64,000 nt of DNA from Pavona decussata (GCA_977016875.1 CDRNST010000185.1:1054001-1118000), one strand, 5' to 3'; positions 25,201 through 36,480 are shown, counted from the first letter of the stretch. Notes: generated by a model not told the origin, from the letters alone. Translations and numbers: made by a program.

Positions 25201-26914
25201 GTTGTGGACAACTGTTCTGATAGTGGCCACTCATGCCACAAGAAAAACACACAGGTCGACCATCTCTTGATCTTTCCCGATCGCCTCGCGTCTCTTGTCG
25301 CCGCTGTGCAAAACCATTAAGGCGTGCATCCACCCGTCTATCCAAACTGGTAATTTGATTCAGCAGGTGGCTTTCCATACGTTCGATACGTTTCATCATT
25401 TCCGTAAGGTCAAACTTATCTTGATAGTCCCGTTGGGGTTCTGAATACGCGGCGACTTTGTTTGAATTTGTAGTTGCAGGTGAAAGTTCTGTTAATTTCT
25501 TTGTCAGTGTCTCCATTTGCGCCTGAAGAGACTGCTGTTGAGAGGCATTGGGCGGAACACAGGCACCTGTTGTGTTGGCGGGTACCTGCTGATTACGGTT
25601 AATGGCTTCAATCAATCGTTCAATCTGCCTATTCTCCGTGTTGCAAGTCATACGTCGCGAGATTGAATCAACAGTACGGGCCACTTCCTCTGCTTGTAAA
25701 AGCGTTTCCGGCATTCGCTCCAGAACCTTGACTTTCACTGATTGCATCAATCCCTCGGTAAAGTACGTTACTTTGTCCACTTCGGCCATGTTTAATCCGC
25801 TGAATAGTTCATGCATGTCGTTGATATAATCTGACAACAATTCATTCGGACCCTGACGGCGCGCAACTAAACGTTGTCGCTTAACCCACGCACGATCCTT
25901 CGTGGAATAGCGCTTCAATAAAGCCTGCTTTAGGCTATCATAGTCTCCTCGCTCTTCGGCCGGTATCTCAAACATAAATGTTTCCGCTGGGCCAGCGAGA
26001 TTGTTAATCAACTGGGTTTTGGCAGCTGGGACATCCAGGCGAATTCCCTTGGACTCCAAAATCAACTCAAGTTTTTCAAACCAGCGGTTGATGTCTTCGC
26101 TTTCATACCCGTGAAATTTGCTAATGTTTACATCTTTACTCAATAGTTTTTGAGTAAGCTCAGTGAGGGCACGAATGTACTCTCCTTCCATAATGTTCAA
26201 ACTCGAATCGTCAGTGCTGTCAGAATCTGTAGAACTTTCGCAAGAGGTACTGTCACTATCCGTAGATTCTCGTACACGGGTATTACGCGAGAAAATTGTG
26301 TGAGTGTCAGCAGGTGGATTAATAGGTGATAACGGTTGTCCACCAACAATGTTATTACCGTCAATTGGTGAAGTACTTGGTGGTTCTTGTTGTCCAATTA
26401 AAGTATAATCCACACGCGGGGTTGAAATTGGAATTTGTAAACCCCCTACTGCAAAAGCGTTAGTGATTCTGTTGTTGCTGTTAACAGGTGACGTACTCAC
26501 TGGTACCTGTTGTCCACCTGTTGCACCAACGTTCTCCGTAAAGTTCTCTTCTCTTGTTCTCTTTGGGTTCTCGTTTTCCAAATGATTTTCTTCTCCAGTA
26601 TCTGTAGGGCTACTGGGACAAGGCGGGACCAAAACACTCAAACTGTCGGCACTATTGGAATCAATACTGATATCCACGGGTTCTAAGTTTGTCTTGTTAA
26701 CACCGTCAGAGTTCTCTTCGCCGGTGTCCGATGTTTCAGGACTAGTTTGTCTTCGGGCTACTGGTCCACGTCTTAATTCTGGGGCTATCTTACTTTCGTC
26801 GAAAGGTAAATCGCACTCAACACAGGCGTCTACTTTCTTCGCTGGGGTGTTACGCGCGTTTCTCCGGCTCCTTAGGTGATAAGGCTCTCTCTTCTTCCGG
26901 AAGAAACTCGGCAT
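22250..26914 (-). CDS. Gag-protease polyprotein (~1554 aa) without RT/RNase H/integrase
   Basis: Capsid-like region (ISKFHG..EDINRW..RQGPNE..DY), CCHC knuckles CFSCGMSGHYQNSC and CFKCNSPGHYQYNC, retropepsin LIDTGA...AILGSDFL. No YxDD or integrase motifs. Confidence 0.85.
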   Translation of the reverse strand: MPSFFRKKREPYHLRSRRNARNTPAKKVDACVECDLPFDESKIAPELRRGPVARRQTSPETSDTGEENSDGVNKTNLEPVDISIDSNSADSLSVLVPPCPSSPTDTGEENHLENENPKRTREENFTENVGATGGQQVPVSTSPVNSNNRITNAFAVGGLQIPISTPRVDYTLIGQQEPPSTSPIDGNNIVGGQPLSPINPPADTHTIFSRNTRVRESTDSDSTSCESSTDSDSTDDSSLNIMEGEYIRALTELTQKLLSKDVNISKFHGYESEDINRWFEKLELILESKGIRLDVPAAKTQLINNLAGPAETFMFEIPAEERGDYDSLKQALLKRYSTKDRAWVKRQRLVARRQGPNELLSDYINDMHELFSGLNMAEVDKVTYFTEGLMQSVKVKVLERMPETLLQAEEVARTVDSISRRMTCNTENRQIERLIEAINRNQQVPANTTGACVPPNASQQQSLQAQMETLTKKLTELSPATTNSNKVAAYSEPQRDYQDKFDLTEMMKRIERMESHLLNQITSLDRRVDARLNGFAQRRQETRGDRERSRDGRPVCFSCGMSGHYQNSCPQRRNRERQPAPRYALPAPDTSMRSTGFQTRPRALPPPRQPNHVAAFDNKSDPSLGQFMDVTVPHSQFEEASELDGPEYPSDWDSYYDYETGQEGYDCLDDFDLGPGEEETIPHPAISALTEGSKETETANQFLLPSDQFTKPWLTLLPTEPPSTDFTSNPGLNTSDQTLKNSHSDSPFQEDTSDQLDPPLFQLPPLSEEEYSSHDESECVAMFDLPAPVPYPLWPTDRHTQTTDTGDLRHHDSDPQTPPPVMVVKLPPQDVQPPPYPGVEDVCSPNLSDPWELQEIVIEQPSPRPEKPSFAEVVSRVPPSLQTDRTIQYLTAKGDNSTHTHTAKQVKGGKDRTGFTCGGVITESPATVNHEIETNDSIDNPVTVTDDRGTSVNEVHHADSSTKPAQTPQTVPKTVQENRSNSLSPDTVQSKSTFNRNISACSTRMSKPQDLTVEVRIRGKPTRRQYDQQQRPRIRDRRPICFKCNSPGHYQYNCPENVYYSSYHQFDLPQQQLPEEYPIASQPWPAAQASSDNIAANPRENQCFNGSRLAGGSETPVGPVPRKRVTYVGAFNTFSGKKHFSRHTNRPRNQTSHARTFHHRDQPSGNQLPEPYKHVYKEDIKVTVSSPTEGDLKKINRQVTIISKEEPLSEQIPQIQTCNTSNNVQQPEKKRHVAEFARSNVFLSGKLQGHPVDLLIDTGACVSAINENLVKKIYGREYTAKMTDGLVPSVNAISGDRVPVLGQIGIPVEVSGVVYHSQFHVMQNLPFEAILGSDFLVEKDAVIDLKNKCVSLVDKSSKLKKTSVPKSERVMATYVSRPFKKAKPAKLMSAAKTDFDDHKKAQRLTNLSRNTTECRSVHGSLTSSLWLLFLVVLYLCATSQAKSLERMRSVKETKSCECYSGNRIVFNASENVSTRSLDHDSELMTRIFAHNWQDPFTSAKFKSNFSCLLFALALSDLSPSVGNLTGELKKERTRAVRQLCVKEIPKSCVASHKS

Positions 26915-27028
26915 CAATTCTCTGATAAAATTTCTCTCACTTACTTGGGCGTAATCTTTCGTACTTGCTCCAAGGGGTTACATCCTGTTCTGTGTTGTTC
27001 CAGTCGTCTCCGATAATTCTGCCGTAAG

Positions 27029-27046
27029 TACCCGGATTCTCCACCA
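27029..27046 (-). other. Primer binding site, tRNA-Ala-type
   Basis: TGGTGGAGAATCCGGGTA, 1 nt inside the 5' LTR; complementary to a tRNA-Ala-like 3' end (...ATTCTCCACCA). Confidence 0.8.
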
Positions 27047-27047
27047 G

Positions 27048-27692
27048 TGTGAAAACAGGTTTTGCCTTCACAAAACGGAAACACCGACGGACGGGGAAAC
27101 TCTTCAAAACACTTCGGTAAAGGCCTTTCTCCTGGGGGAACACTCGCTGGCTGCGGGAAGGACCGAGATCTCTTACGGCAAGCGAATTTCTCTGAGACAG
27201 TAAAACCACACAGAACTTGGCTCCAACGTAGGGTTTAATACCAAAACTATAACCTCGCGTACAGTCAAAACATAAGCAAGGATATAACCAAGGATGTAAC
27301 CAAAGAAAATCTTACAAAGCACTTGTATTTACGTGCAGAGCTAGCAAAGCATTCGAATTACATCATTTGTCAACGAGTCAGATTACAGAATACAACAATC
27401 ATTTCTGAAAGTCTATTGGACGAAATCTAAGCTTATCCTGAAACATTAATTACTTTCAGAAGCTACACAGGTGGATAACAGTTTAACAAAAGGCTAGTGC
27501 AGGTTACAATAACACTTCAACGCTCAATTACAGTTATGATCTTATAAGAACCGTTTACGCCTAATTGAACTACAGGTTGTGTTTACGGTTTATCGAACTT
27601 GAAACTAACGAACTTATTATTTTCTACGTTGGTTTTTATATTTTTGTCAGCAAAGCAAATTAAACTGAATATCTATAAATCCTCTCATCACA
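27048..27692 (-). repeat. 5' LTR (645 bp)
   Basis: Direct repeat of 21182-21826, no differences seen by eye. Adjacent to the PBS. Confidence 0.95.
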
Positions 27693-28840
27693 TTACTCAA
27701 AACGTTTTTGAAAACATGCTTGCGTGATTAGCGCGCGCAAAGGAAAAGCAATTGGATTAAAATGTTGAGAAGAGCGTTGTTTAATATCTGTCATATGACA
27801 AAGTAATCATTTCAGGCCGCCCTTTGAAGAAATATTTTGATTTTGGTTGTGAACGTGAGGAACCCAACAAAGTCCAAGCAGAGGTTAGTGTTTGCAGGTT
27901 TTTGACGTCGCAAGATATTTCCTCTCCTATTATAAAATTACACAACTGTGAAGCGGCTCTTTTTTCTTTTAGAGTACATGACATCGTCTCAAACAAATGA
28001 TGTTAATTATCCGTCGGTGGCGGGCGGATCAAGGTGAATTAAATGTGGGGTTTTTGCTTGTTCAAGCAGCACACGCCATTTTCTGATGTTTTTTGTAGCG
28101 TTTTGAGTGAACTGCTGCTTGGAATACCTCCTCCTGCATGATAATCAGCTGAACAATACTTCGGAATAATTCTTAAGATTTACCGATTTCCTTTATCTTT
28201 CATGATAGTGGAATTATTTTCTCGCGTGATCAGCTTCAATACTCTTTATAATATAATTAAGTTCTCTACTCGCGCGATCGCACGTCTAAGAGTGGGAGTA
28301 AATATAGCTTTTTTATATCAAGTAAAAGCGGTGATGTATCCCGGCCCTAGATCCTGCACACATCGCCGACACTTATTTATATGTCTTGACTAGGCCAACG
28401 TCAAGACAAATTTAGATATAGTTTAAGTAGTACATCAGAGGAAACTCGATACCTGAGAACTTGAATGCAGCTGAAAATGTTATCGCAACACAGAAAGATC
28501 TAGTCAAGGTCTAATCTAGACCAAACTTCAAGACATTTTCTAGACAAACAGACGTAACAGAGGTCGAAAAGTCTTTCAAGACATTTGGTAGACTCTAAAG
28601 ACATTTAGTTAGTCTTGGAAAGGTCTAGATAATGTCTACAAGACCTTTGCTAGACCTAAGGCAGACAAATTTAGACCTAGCTGTTTCGTACGGGAAGAAA
28701 AAAAAGACATGAATTGTTTACAAAGTGAAAATTTGAAGAAATAGCTCCGGGAAATAGCTGTCATAAATGGCAACCCGTAAACCACTTTTTCAGCTTTTGT
28801 TCAATCTAAGCGATCCTATTTTTTTCTTCATTTAAATTAG

Positions 28841-31800
28841 GAAAGGGAAGAACTGGTAATAGATGGTCTGCAATAACATACAGGATTGCACTGGCGGTGT
28901 TCACCCGCAGTCCAGCAGCATATGAAGCACTAAAAAGCTATCACATTTTGAACCTGCCATCAGTGTCTTCATTAAAGCAGTTCACTTCTGCAAACACCCA
29001 AGCGGCTGGTTTAAACCTTCCACATCTGCATGATGCAAAATTAACATATGCTGCATACAAAGTGGAAAGGAAAGACCAGGGTTTTCCTGAGCCTAAGGAT
29101 ACAGGTGTACTTGTTTTTGATGAGGTGAAAGTGGTGATGAAAGTCCACTGGAATAGTGCAAACAATGGGTAAGACTGTTTTTTAACCATCAAACTAGTAG
29201 CATGGTAAAATCTGATCAGTTTATTAGCTTTCAATATAAAAACGGAATAATTCTGGAGGAGCATAAAGGCATTAAGGGACTATATCACATGTTGGCTCTT
29301 GATCAACAGTCATTAAAAAAAGACTAATCAGTATGTCTGGTTAGAAAACATATTGATAATAATTTATTGGACATAGTTTAACTTTCAAGAGTGTAGATCA
29401 GTGTGCATGGCCATAACGACAATGTCAGGTGGCCCCCAGCAGGGTTAGTTACTGGAAGTTTGAAAGTACATGATGTATTTATCAGACTAACCTCTTTTTT
29501 GAACCTTTAAGGTTTGTGGGACATGCTATGACTGCTGATGACATGTCATCACTCCAAGATGTTTATGATGAGCTCCGTGCACCCAAATCAGTCAAAGCAT
29601 CTTACATCATGCAGTATTTATGGCGTGATCTGACCAGTGATTTTGACATAATCGGGCCATATTTCAGCAGTGGCAGAGGCATGGAGTGCAAATATATCAT
29701 CTCCTGCCTGATGACCACAATACATTCATTCCATATATGTGGTTTTAAAACCATGGCTGTGGTTTGTGATGGTGCCAGCGCAAATTTAAAGGCCATCAAA
29801 TATCTAACCACAAAAGAAAGTGGGGCCTATGGAATCAATGAAAATCCCCGAGTGGACGACCCTCATCATGTGAAGACATGGATGCTAAATCCTTGGACCA
29901 ACCAGAAGCTTTTTTTCATTCCTTGCCCATCACATCAGGTTATTTCTATGTTACAGTGCAACGAACTCAACCGGGGTCACCGAAAAAACCGACACTTTGA
30001 AATTTAAAGAAATATTCTTGTTTTTGATTGGTTTACAAACTACCAAAGCCAGACTCCTTTGTTGTGAACGTGACCTGTGATTGGCTTATTAATGTTGGGT
30101 GGCCTCGGTTGAGTTCGTTGCACTGTATTTATTTCATACTAATGTTCACCATATACCTCAATATTGCTAAGCAATTAATTCAAAAATGTGAAATTTTACT
30201 TAAAAAAAATTATATTTGAAGTTTCCAGTGCTTTGCCTTGAGCATTTTGTTTTCCATGAATTCAGTTTTACACGTTGAAAGTTTAAGGTGTCGCTTATTA
30301 CTCTTGGTCTGAGTGATGGAAAGTGCATGCAGTAAATATGGAGACAGCATAATAATAGCACTTACCTCCACTAGCTAACCCAACCAGGACTCAGAACTCT
30401 TATATGATGAGCTGATCAGTAGACAAATTATTGCTTGCTTCGGTATCATCTGATTTTGTTTTATGTTAATAAATCTCATTATCTTTACCTCTGTTTGAAA
30501 TAAATTTTTCTGTTTAGTTGAAAAGCTTGATTGCTGCACTTCACTCCTCTCGTCAAGCAAATGGTAGCCGAAGAAAGGATTTCAATTTATATGGAGTGAA
30601 GTTTGGATGGCAAGTCATTAAAGATCTGTGGAGGAGAGAGATGGCTAGAGCAAAAAATGGTAGAATGCGACGGGTGCCACAGCTATGTTACAGACACGTC
30701 TACAGAGACTGTTGGACAAGGCTCAATGTCAAACCAGCAAAAATCATGCAGGTTCATATTTGAATTAGAAAGTTAGATAGAAATGGCAGTCATACATTTG
30801 TCAATGAGCACAACTTGTGCAAACCATGCATATAATTTTGTTATGCATGGATGCAAGAATTTCATTGGTACATAAAAAGGAATTCATGTTAGACAAAGTT
30901 ATGCACTTCATTATTTTATAATGTAATTGAATATCAATGTATGAAGTCATTAACCCTTTGCATACAACATACCATCTTAAATTGGCACCTGCTTAAGCTG
31001 TTTCAAATGATAGTAACTGACAACTACAATTAATAATAAAAAAGAAAGAAGACAGTATTGTAATAATGTTATTTTGAAAAATTTACAATTTCTTTAAATT
31101 GCAGCAAAATGGAGTTATTGCTGAACTCTCTGAATACAAGGAAAGTAATCCACCAGATGCTGAAAATGTTGGAAAGACCATTGAATACCTAGATGCTTGC
31201 CGCCAGTTATTCGAGAGGGGTATATTGAGTCATGAAAAGATCACAGATGAGCATTCCAGTGTTTTGCAAAACATGTCTAATGGTTATAACTTCTTTGTTG
31301 GCTGGGCTGACTATGCCTGGGAGCAAGGTAGACTTCCATTGTTTAAATGAAAAAAAAAATTAAATGTCCATAATTTGTGACAGTTCTCTCATTGACAGAT
31401 TTCCTGTTTTCAATCTATTCGCAATTGTATAACCATTATGACAATTCCTTCATTGACAGAATTTCTGTTATGAATCTATTGTACACTCGCTCAAAGAGCT
31501 CTATAGTCTTTCTAGTTTCTATTTGACAATGTTCAAAAAGGAATACCATAAATATTGGTAGTATACACATAAGTGATTGTTACAAGACAAATATCAATAC
31601 AACCAAGCAGCTACATGTGTGCAATGTATGTATTTCACGCTTGTTTTGATTCAAATCACTTGTCAATTTACAGAGCCAAACTTGACTGCTTCCAACCAAA
31701 AAGGGTTTCTTGCATGGCAGGTAACTTTTTTTCTATCAAATTATTCAATATTCAGTACGTATCATTATGACAGTGAAGCTGTTTTTTATTGGTAGAGGCA

Positions 31801-32287
31801 AGTTTAATAACAATTAAAAATCCAAATATCAACAACTTGTTAGTAATAAGCTTGCTAGGTAATCAAGCTACATGTGGAAGACTTTCATAATTCAAAAGAC
31901 ATTAATTTTTAATGAAAATAATTCCATGTCAAGTTGTTTCCCTCTCTTTTTTTCCCCAGAATTAGAAGCTAATACAAAACCTTTTTATTGTTCCTACAGA
32001 CGTGGGATTTGACAAGACTTATGTATTATGGCTTCACTGAGTTCTGCAAACACTTCGTCAGTATCTTCCCAGGCTACTACATATGGCCTCTCCGCTTAAA
32101 TGGGAGTGCACTTGAAACTATATTCAGTCAGCTGAAATTCAATATGAATGGCCAGTTGTCCAGTGTCAATTACTCAGCAGCGCTTACAACACTGAAGTTA
32201 AAACGACGCATTCATGGGTGGAGGGGAAAGTTTGTCTACAGAAAGACACCATTATATGTAAGAGAAATTTCTCTAAAAAGAAAATAA
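28841..32287 (+). CDS. P-element/THAP9-like transposase, exons 2-7 (915 aa joined with exon 1)
   Basis: Exons 28841-29168, 29512-29938, 30518-30751, 31105-31327, 31674-31720, 32000-32287; all GT-AG and phase-consistent, no stops. Motifs RW..ALAV..RSPAAYEAL..LPS, VFDEVK (D), VCDGASAN (D), CPSHQLK, RLNVKPA, RLNGSALETIFSQ (E). Confidence 0.88.
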
Positions 32288-32521
32288 TGTTCACGTTTAG
32301 AGAAATTTATCTTTCATACAATTGTGTGAACACTGGGTGATTACAAATATTATCTATAAAGCCATATCAAGGTCAATTTGGTCAAATGTAGACCAAATGG
32401 CTTTTGTTATGATGTGCATTTGCTCACATTGAAGACAAATATATATCAGAAATTATGAAACTAGGTTTTTTTTTTTTTTTTTTTTTTGGGGGGGGGGGGG
32501 GGGCAATAATGATTATATAAT

Positions 32522-32694
32522 TATAGGCCATTTCCTGAATTGCTTTGGGCCTCTATAAATGAAACCGAGGCTAGGTGCAGTCTTTCCTATGAAAAGAAGT
32601 CTTCATTCACATGTCTTTAAAACTAATTTCAATGAGAAAGATTATGTATCCGGCCTCACTTGGACAAAGAGGCTCAAGTAACTCAGAAATGGCC
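32522..32694. mobile_element. Short MITE
   Basis: AGGCCATTTC..AATTGC / AACTCAGAAATGGCCT inverted ends. Confidence 0.5.
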
Positions 32695-32974
32695 TTTTTT
32701 AAAAAGGAAGTGAGATTCTGATTTTAATTTCAAGTACAGAAACAAAAGCTACTTGCATCTTTTATATCAATATATAGAAAAAGTCAGCAATGTTGTGCAA
32801 TTCATATTTGTTGACTACATGCAAAAAGTTATGTAAATCCAAGCAAATTATTTGTAAAAATGTTCTGTATGTTCTGAGGTAACAGGTACAAACACGCAGT
32901 TATATGAACTTGAGCACGAAATATCTTTTAATTAAAGCAGTAAAAGGTATTTTATTATCCCACATGCTTCCTGC

Positions 32975-33049
32975 TAGCCTCCCACGCAGACGTCCTTAGG
33001 GGGAAGGAAACGCGTGACTAACCCCTAAGGACGTCTGCATGGGAGGCTA
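32975..33049. mobile_element. Tiny palindromic TAG-ended element with 9-bp TSD (Academ/MULE-like)
   Basis: TAGCCTCCCACGCAGACGTCCTTAGGGG...CCCCTAAGGACGTCTGCATGGGAGGCTA. TSD GCTTCCTGC/GCTTCTTGC. Confidence 0.7.
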
Positions 33050-33915
33050 GCTTCTTGCTAGAAATTATATACATTGTAAAAAAATAACCATAATTTAAAT
33101 TGAAGATTTAAAATGATTTGATGATTTGAAAATGAATGAAGATTGTCAACAGCATTGAGATAATCAAATATTTATTTTTCTGAAAAGTATGTTGCAGTTC
33201 ATGAATACACAACCACAATGGTTAACTCTCACCATCATTACATACTCAAATAAAGTGCTCTGTCTATCACACTACTCTGTCTACCACTACACTAATAACT
33301 TCACTAATGTAATGTTCAGGGGTTTTCTGTTAGGGTTATTCCTAAGCTGTTCGATAACAATTCTCTAGAGGTTTAGAACTCCCCCTCTCATAAATAAATT
33401 ACAGCTGGATATTTCATACTCACATACTGACAGATATGGCAGACGTTAGTTGTTATGGATAAGCCATGATGAGTAAAGTTTGTTCAAACTGCACAAAATG
33501 TAAACCCAGACAGTTCTTTCTCTTATTTTGCAATATAGAAAATATTTTCATGGGAAAAAGACAATATTCTTCTTTATAAAAATAATATCCTTATGATAGT
33601 ATGAATTTTGTGTTCTCAATTTTTGACTGGTGTTTAGATGCGAGTATGTAAACATGGTTGTGACGGCACTATCATTGTGTTTCCTGGCACAATTTGGAAA
33701 CACTTCAAAGCTCTTGCTAGACTCTTAAAGTAATTTTGATGACTTTTTTTTTTTGGGGGGGGGGGGGGGGGTTGGCTATCTCTTCCCCCCTGAGCGTGAG
33801 GAAACATGGCAAAAGAAAGAAGGGCCACACTGCTTTGCCAGCCTTGTCTTCATTTGCTGAATTACTTTTGGGATTTATGTTTTACAAAAGCAATAGGACT
33901 TTTCCCTTGTTAACA

Positions 33916-34034
33916 TAGCTTCATCTAAACATGAGGAGGGGTGGGTGAATTTGAGACAGATATGCAAACCAGAGACGCAGGTTTGCATATCTGTCTCAAA
34001 TTCTCCTAACCCCCTTTGTGTTTGGATGAGGCTA
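33916..34034. repeat. Palindromic interspersed repeat just 3' of the P partner gene
   Basis: GAATTTGAGACAGATATGCAAACC...GGTTTGCATATCTGTCTCAAATTC perfect arms with outer TAGC(T/C)TCATC arms. Confidence 0.65.
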
Positions 34035-34072
34035 GGAAAACATGGAAAAATTGTTTTAAATGCATCTGATGA

Positions 34073-35535
34073 TTAGTTGGCAACCTTCAGCTTATTCCTT
34101 AACATAACTTGTCTGTCCTGTGTTTGCCTCTCATGATGCTCCTCCAGACATTTCTGCGCTCTGACAAATTCATTGCACCTGATGTTGAAGATTTTGCGCA
34201 ATAGTCTATTATAGAGATCTGCTTTTATGCCTGGGGAAATTTTTATGCCTATGGATATCAGTGCTTCATTAAATTTCCTATTAATGCCACCGTCACTCAA
34301 CACTTGTTGTTCGGCAACCTGTAACAGCCAATTTAATTATTAGTTAAAAAATCAGGAAGCATTAGTGACCCTTTAACTCACAAGGCATGTTGAACGAACC
34401 AAGATCACGCAAACATCTATTTGTGTAATGCACCTGCAAATGTGTTGGTGTGTCACAGAGGAGAGATCTTTTTACTGCAGCTGTCTAAAGGTAAGGTTCT
34501 TATTCCTTTGAAAAGGCAACCATATACAGTGTAACCATGTTTGATGAGAAGAAGCATATGCCTCTGTGCTAACCTATTCAGGTACAAATTGATTTCCAAT
34601 TCGTGGATACGCAAAGGTAAATGCAGTAGAGTGAATGGTTAAATGAAAAAGAGAAATAAAAGTAATGCTATTGATATCTCAAGCATTCGTTAAGAGGCCT
34701 AGGGGTGATAGTTTGCTTTAATAGTTCTAAACTAACCTTGAACAGTCTTCTACCAAATGAGTGATACCCATTTTGATTCACGACTCTTCCGAACACTTGC
34801 GTAAACTTTCGCAGAAAACAAATCAGTTCCACCTTCAAAACAAGTAGGTTTCCTTCATCGAGATTATGCAGGAAAAATTGGGAGGTTTGTCTTTTCGTGA
34901 TCCTCCATTTTCTCAATAGCGTCTATCTCCTTCAATATCATGTTCTTAAGGCTCTGCTTAGACCTTGAAAGTGGTTGGGCAATTTGTCGTAAACGTTTTT
35001 TCAGTTTCAACGCCGCCGCAGAACCTAGCTTTAAAAGCGAAACATCGTCCTCAGAAATATCGACACTCTCTCTAGCAACCATAACTGTTGAACTAGCTTC
35101 CTGACTCTCCCTCACAAACTTAAAACCAGCGCTCGCAACACTCTCCAAAATACACGACACTATCTCCTTACCCCGGGATGGAACTGCCTTCACTATTTCC
35201 TCCATATCTCCGCTAGCTAGCACCTGCCTAACTAACTCGTACCATCTCACCTGTATTAACGCATGCTTGTCAAACGAACCCTTAACTCTTTCGGAAAATA
35301 AATCAAAGAAATGGTCATTGCAACGCTTCACTAACCCACGAAACGGTCCACTTGCCTCCAGCACATCCACATCGGCTGGCGTGCTCGAATTAAAAAAAAA
35401 CCCAAAGTTCGCTCTAGCTACTCTGAAGATCCTTTCCACCACAACCTCTTCCGAAAGCGTTTTCCCGGCTAGACTGATCGAATTTATCTTCGCTCTCGAT
35501 AGTTTTTTGACGGTCTCTTTGCGAGCGGCCGCCAT
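34073..35535 (-). pseudogene. P-element partner gene (ORF2), ~347 aa, 2 exons, one 1-bp frameshift
   Basis: Exon 1 35535-34737 (AAAATGGCG start; an in-frame ATG also at 35559; AAG|gttagt donor). Exon 2 34318-34073. Removing one base from the A5 run at 34873-34877 gives continuous ...KTNLPIFLHNLDEGNLL... Lies inside the P TIRs, convergent on the transposase. Confidence 0.75.
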
Positions 35536-36118
35536 TTTGTTTGTTATGAATCCTTCCATATTTGGGCAAAAAATACATTCGTGCTCCTGATTGGTCGACT
35601 AATAAACCCCAGCTTGTTTCAAAACATTATAGCGGAATTTAGACGCTTCGGGGTGATATGCTTCTGTTGCTATATATACAGAAGTTCGCCTTGAAAAAGA
35701 ATAATAACAACAGAAAAAAAAAATATATCAATAGGAAGCTATAGGAGGAAGTACCCGTCCTGAATATTTACCTTCAGTGTACGTACATGTAATATTTTGA
35801 TACTTGATTTTGGACTCCCACTCGCACAATCATGTAGCTTAGAATGCCTCTTTTACTGAAATGGGTTTTTGGGTTCAAAAGGATACCTTACTACCTTGTA
35901 TAACAGGTAGTATATGTATTCACATAAAGCCGAGTATAATTTAAAGTTTGATTTTGAAGCGGCAGGGGTATTTTGCAGAATGCTGAATTCATAGAAGTCC
36001 TTTGATGGAATGGCTGCCATAACAACAACTTAAAGCTAAATGTCTGTATAACCAGTGTTTAACCCTAGACAGTTAAAAGAGAAGTGCTTAGACCTAAATA
36101 ACTTCATTCTTTGCTTAA

Positions 36119-36480
36119 AGGGGAAGTACCATGGGGTTTAATTGACCTCTTTTGTTAAAAATGGTGAAATAAGACCTTCACTTTAATACAAAATAATTCT
36201 AGAACAATGAGAGGAGAAAAATCAACTCAATTCTTGACAGGAACGACTCATGATATGTTCTAGCACATTTTGGAAACAAAAATACGAGAACTTGAAAAAC
36301 ATTAGCCTAATATTTTTGAAGTTTCAATCCATTGCAACCTGGCCAGAGGCACTTATCAACAGTTTTCTTGCACTGGGGTGATAATCTATAGCAAACCTAG
36401 CCACCATTTTTTTTGTTTCTGTTGTCAGACAAACATTTTTTGGTTTTGAAATTACATCAAATTTTCGTGATACTTCACCT
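36119..36480. mobile_element. Kolobok-like MITE
   Basis: TTAA|AGGGGAAGTAC ... GATACTTCACCT|TTAA. Confidence 0.6.

Larger units (their letters stand above)
21182..27692 (-). mobile_element. Gypsy-like non-autonomous LTR retroelement (Gag + protease only)
   Basis: Two 645-bp LTRs with TG...CA ends, 4-bp TSD TTAC (21178-21181, 27693-27696), PBS, PPT and one long ORF. Confidence 0.93.
11167..28694 (+). mobile_element. EnSpm/CACTA (CMC) DNA transposon inserted in intron 1 of the P transposase
   Basis: Termini CCCGCACGAAAC (11167) and reverse complement CCCGTACGAAAC (28694). 2-bp TSD AA. Dense subterminal TCTAG/AGACA repeats at about 11180-11420 and 28380-28680. Contains a CACTA transposase. Confidence 0.85.
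9452..35666 (+). mobile_element. P-superfamily DNA transposon, two-gene, ~8.7 kb once the nested CACTA is removed
   Basis: 23-bp TIRs GAGAAGCATATAACCCCGAAGCG (9452-9474) and reverse complement CAGAAGCATATCACCCCGAAGCG (35644-35666), 21/23 match. Perfect 7-bp TSD TTGCTAT (9445-9451, 35667-35673). Encloses a P-type DDE transposase. Confidence 0.9.
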
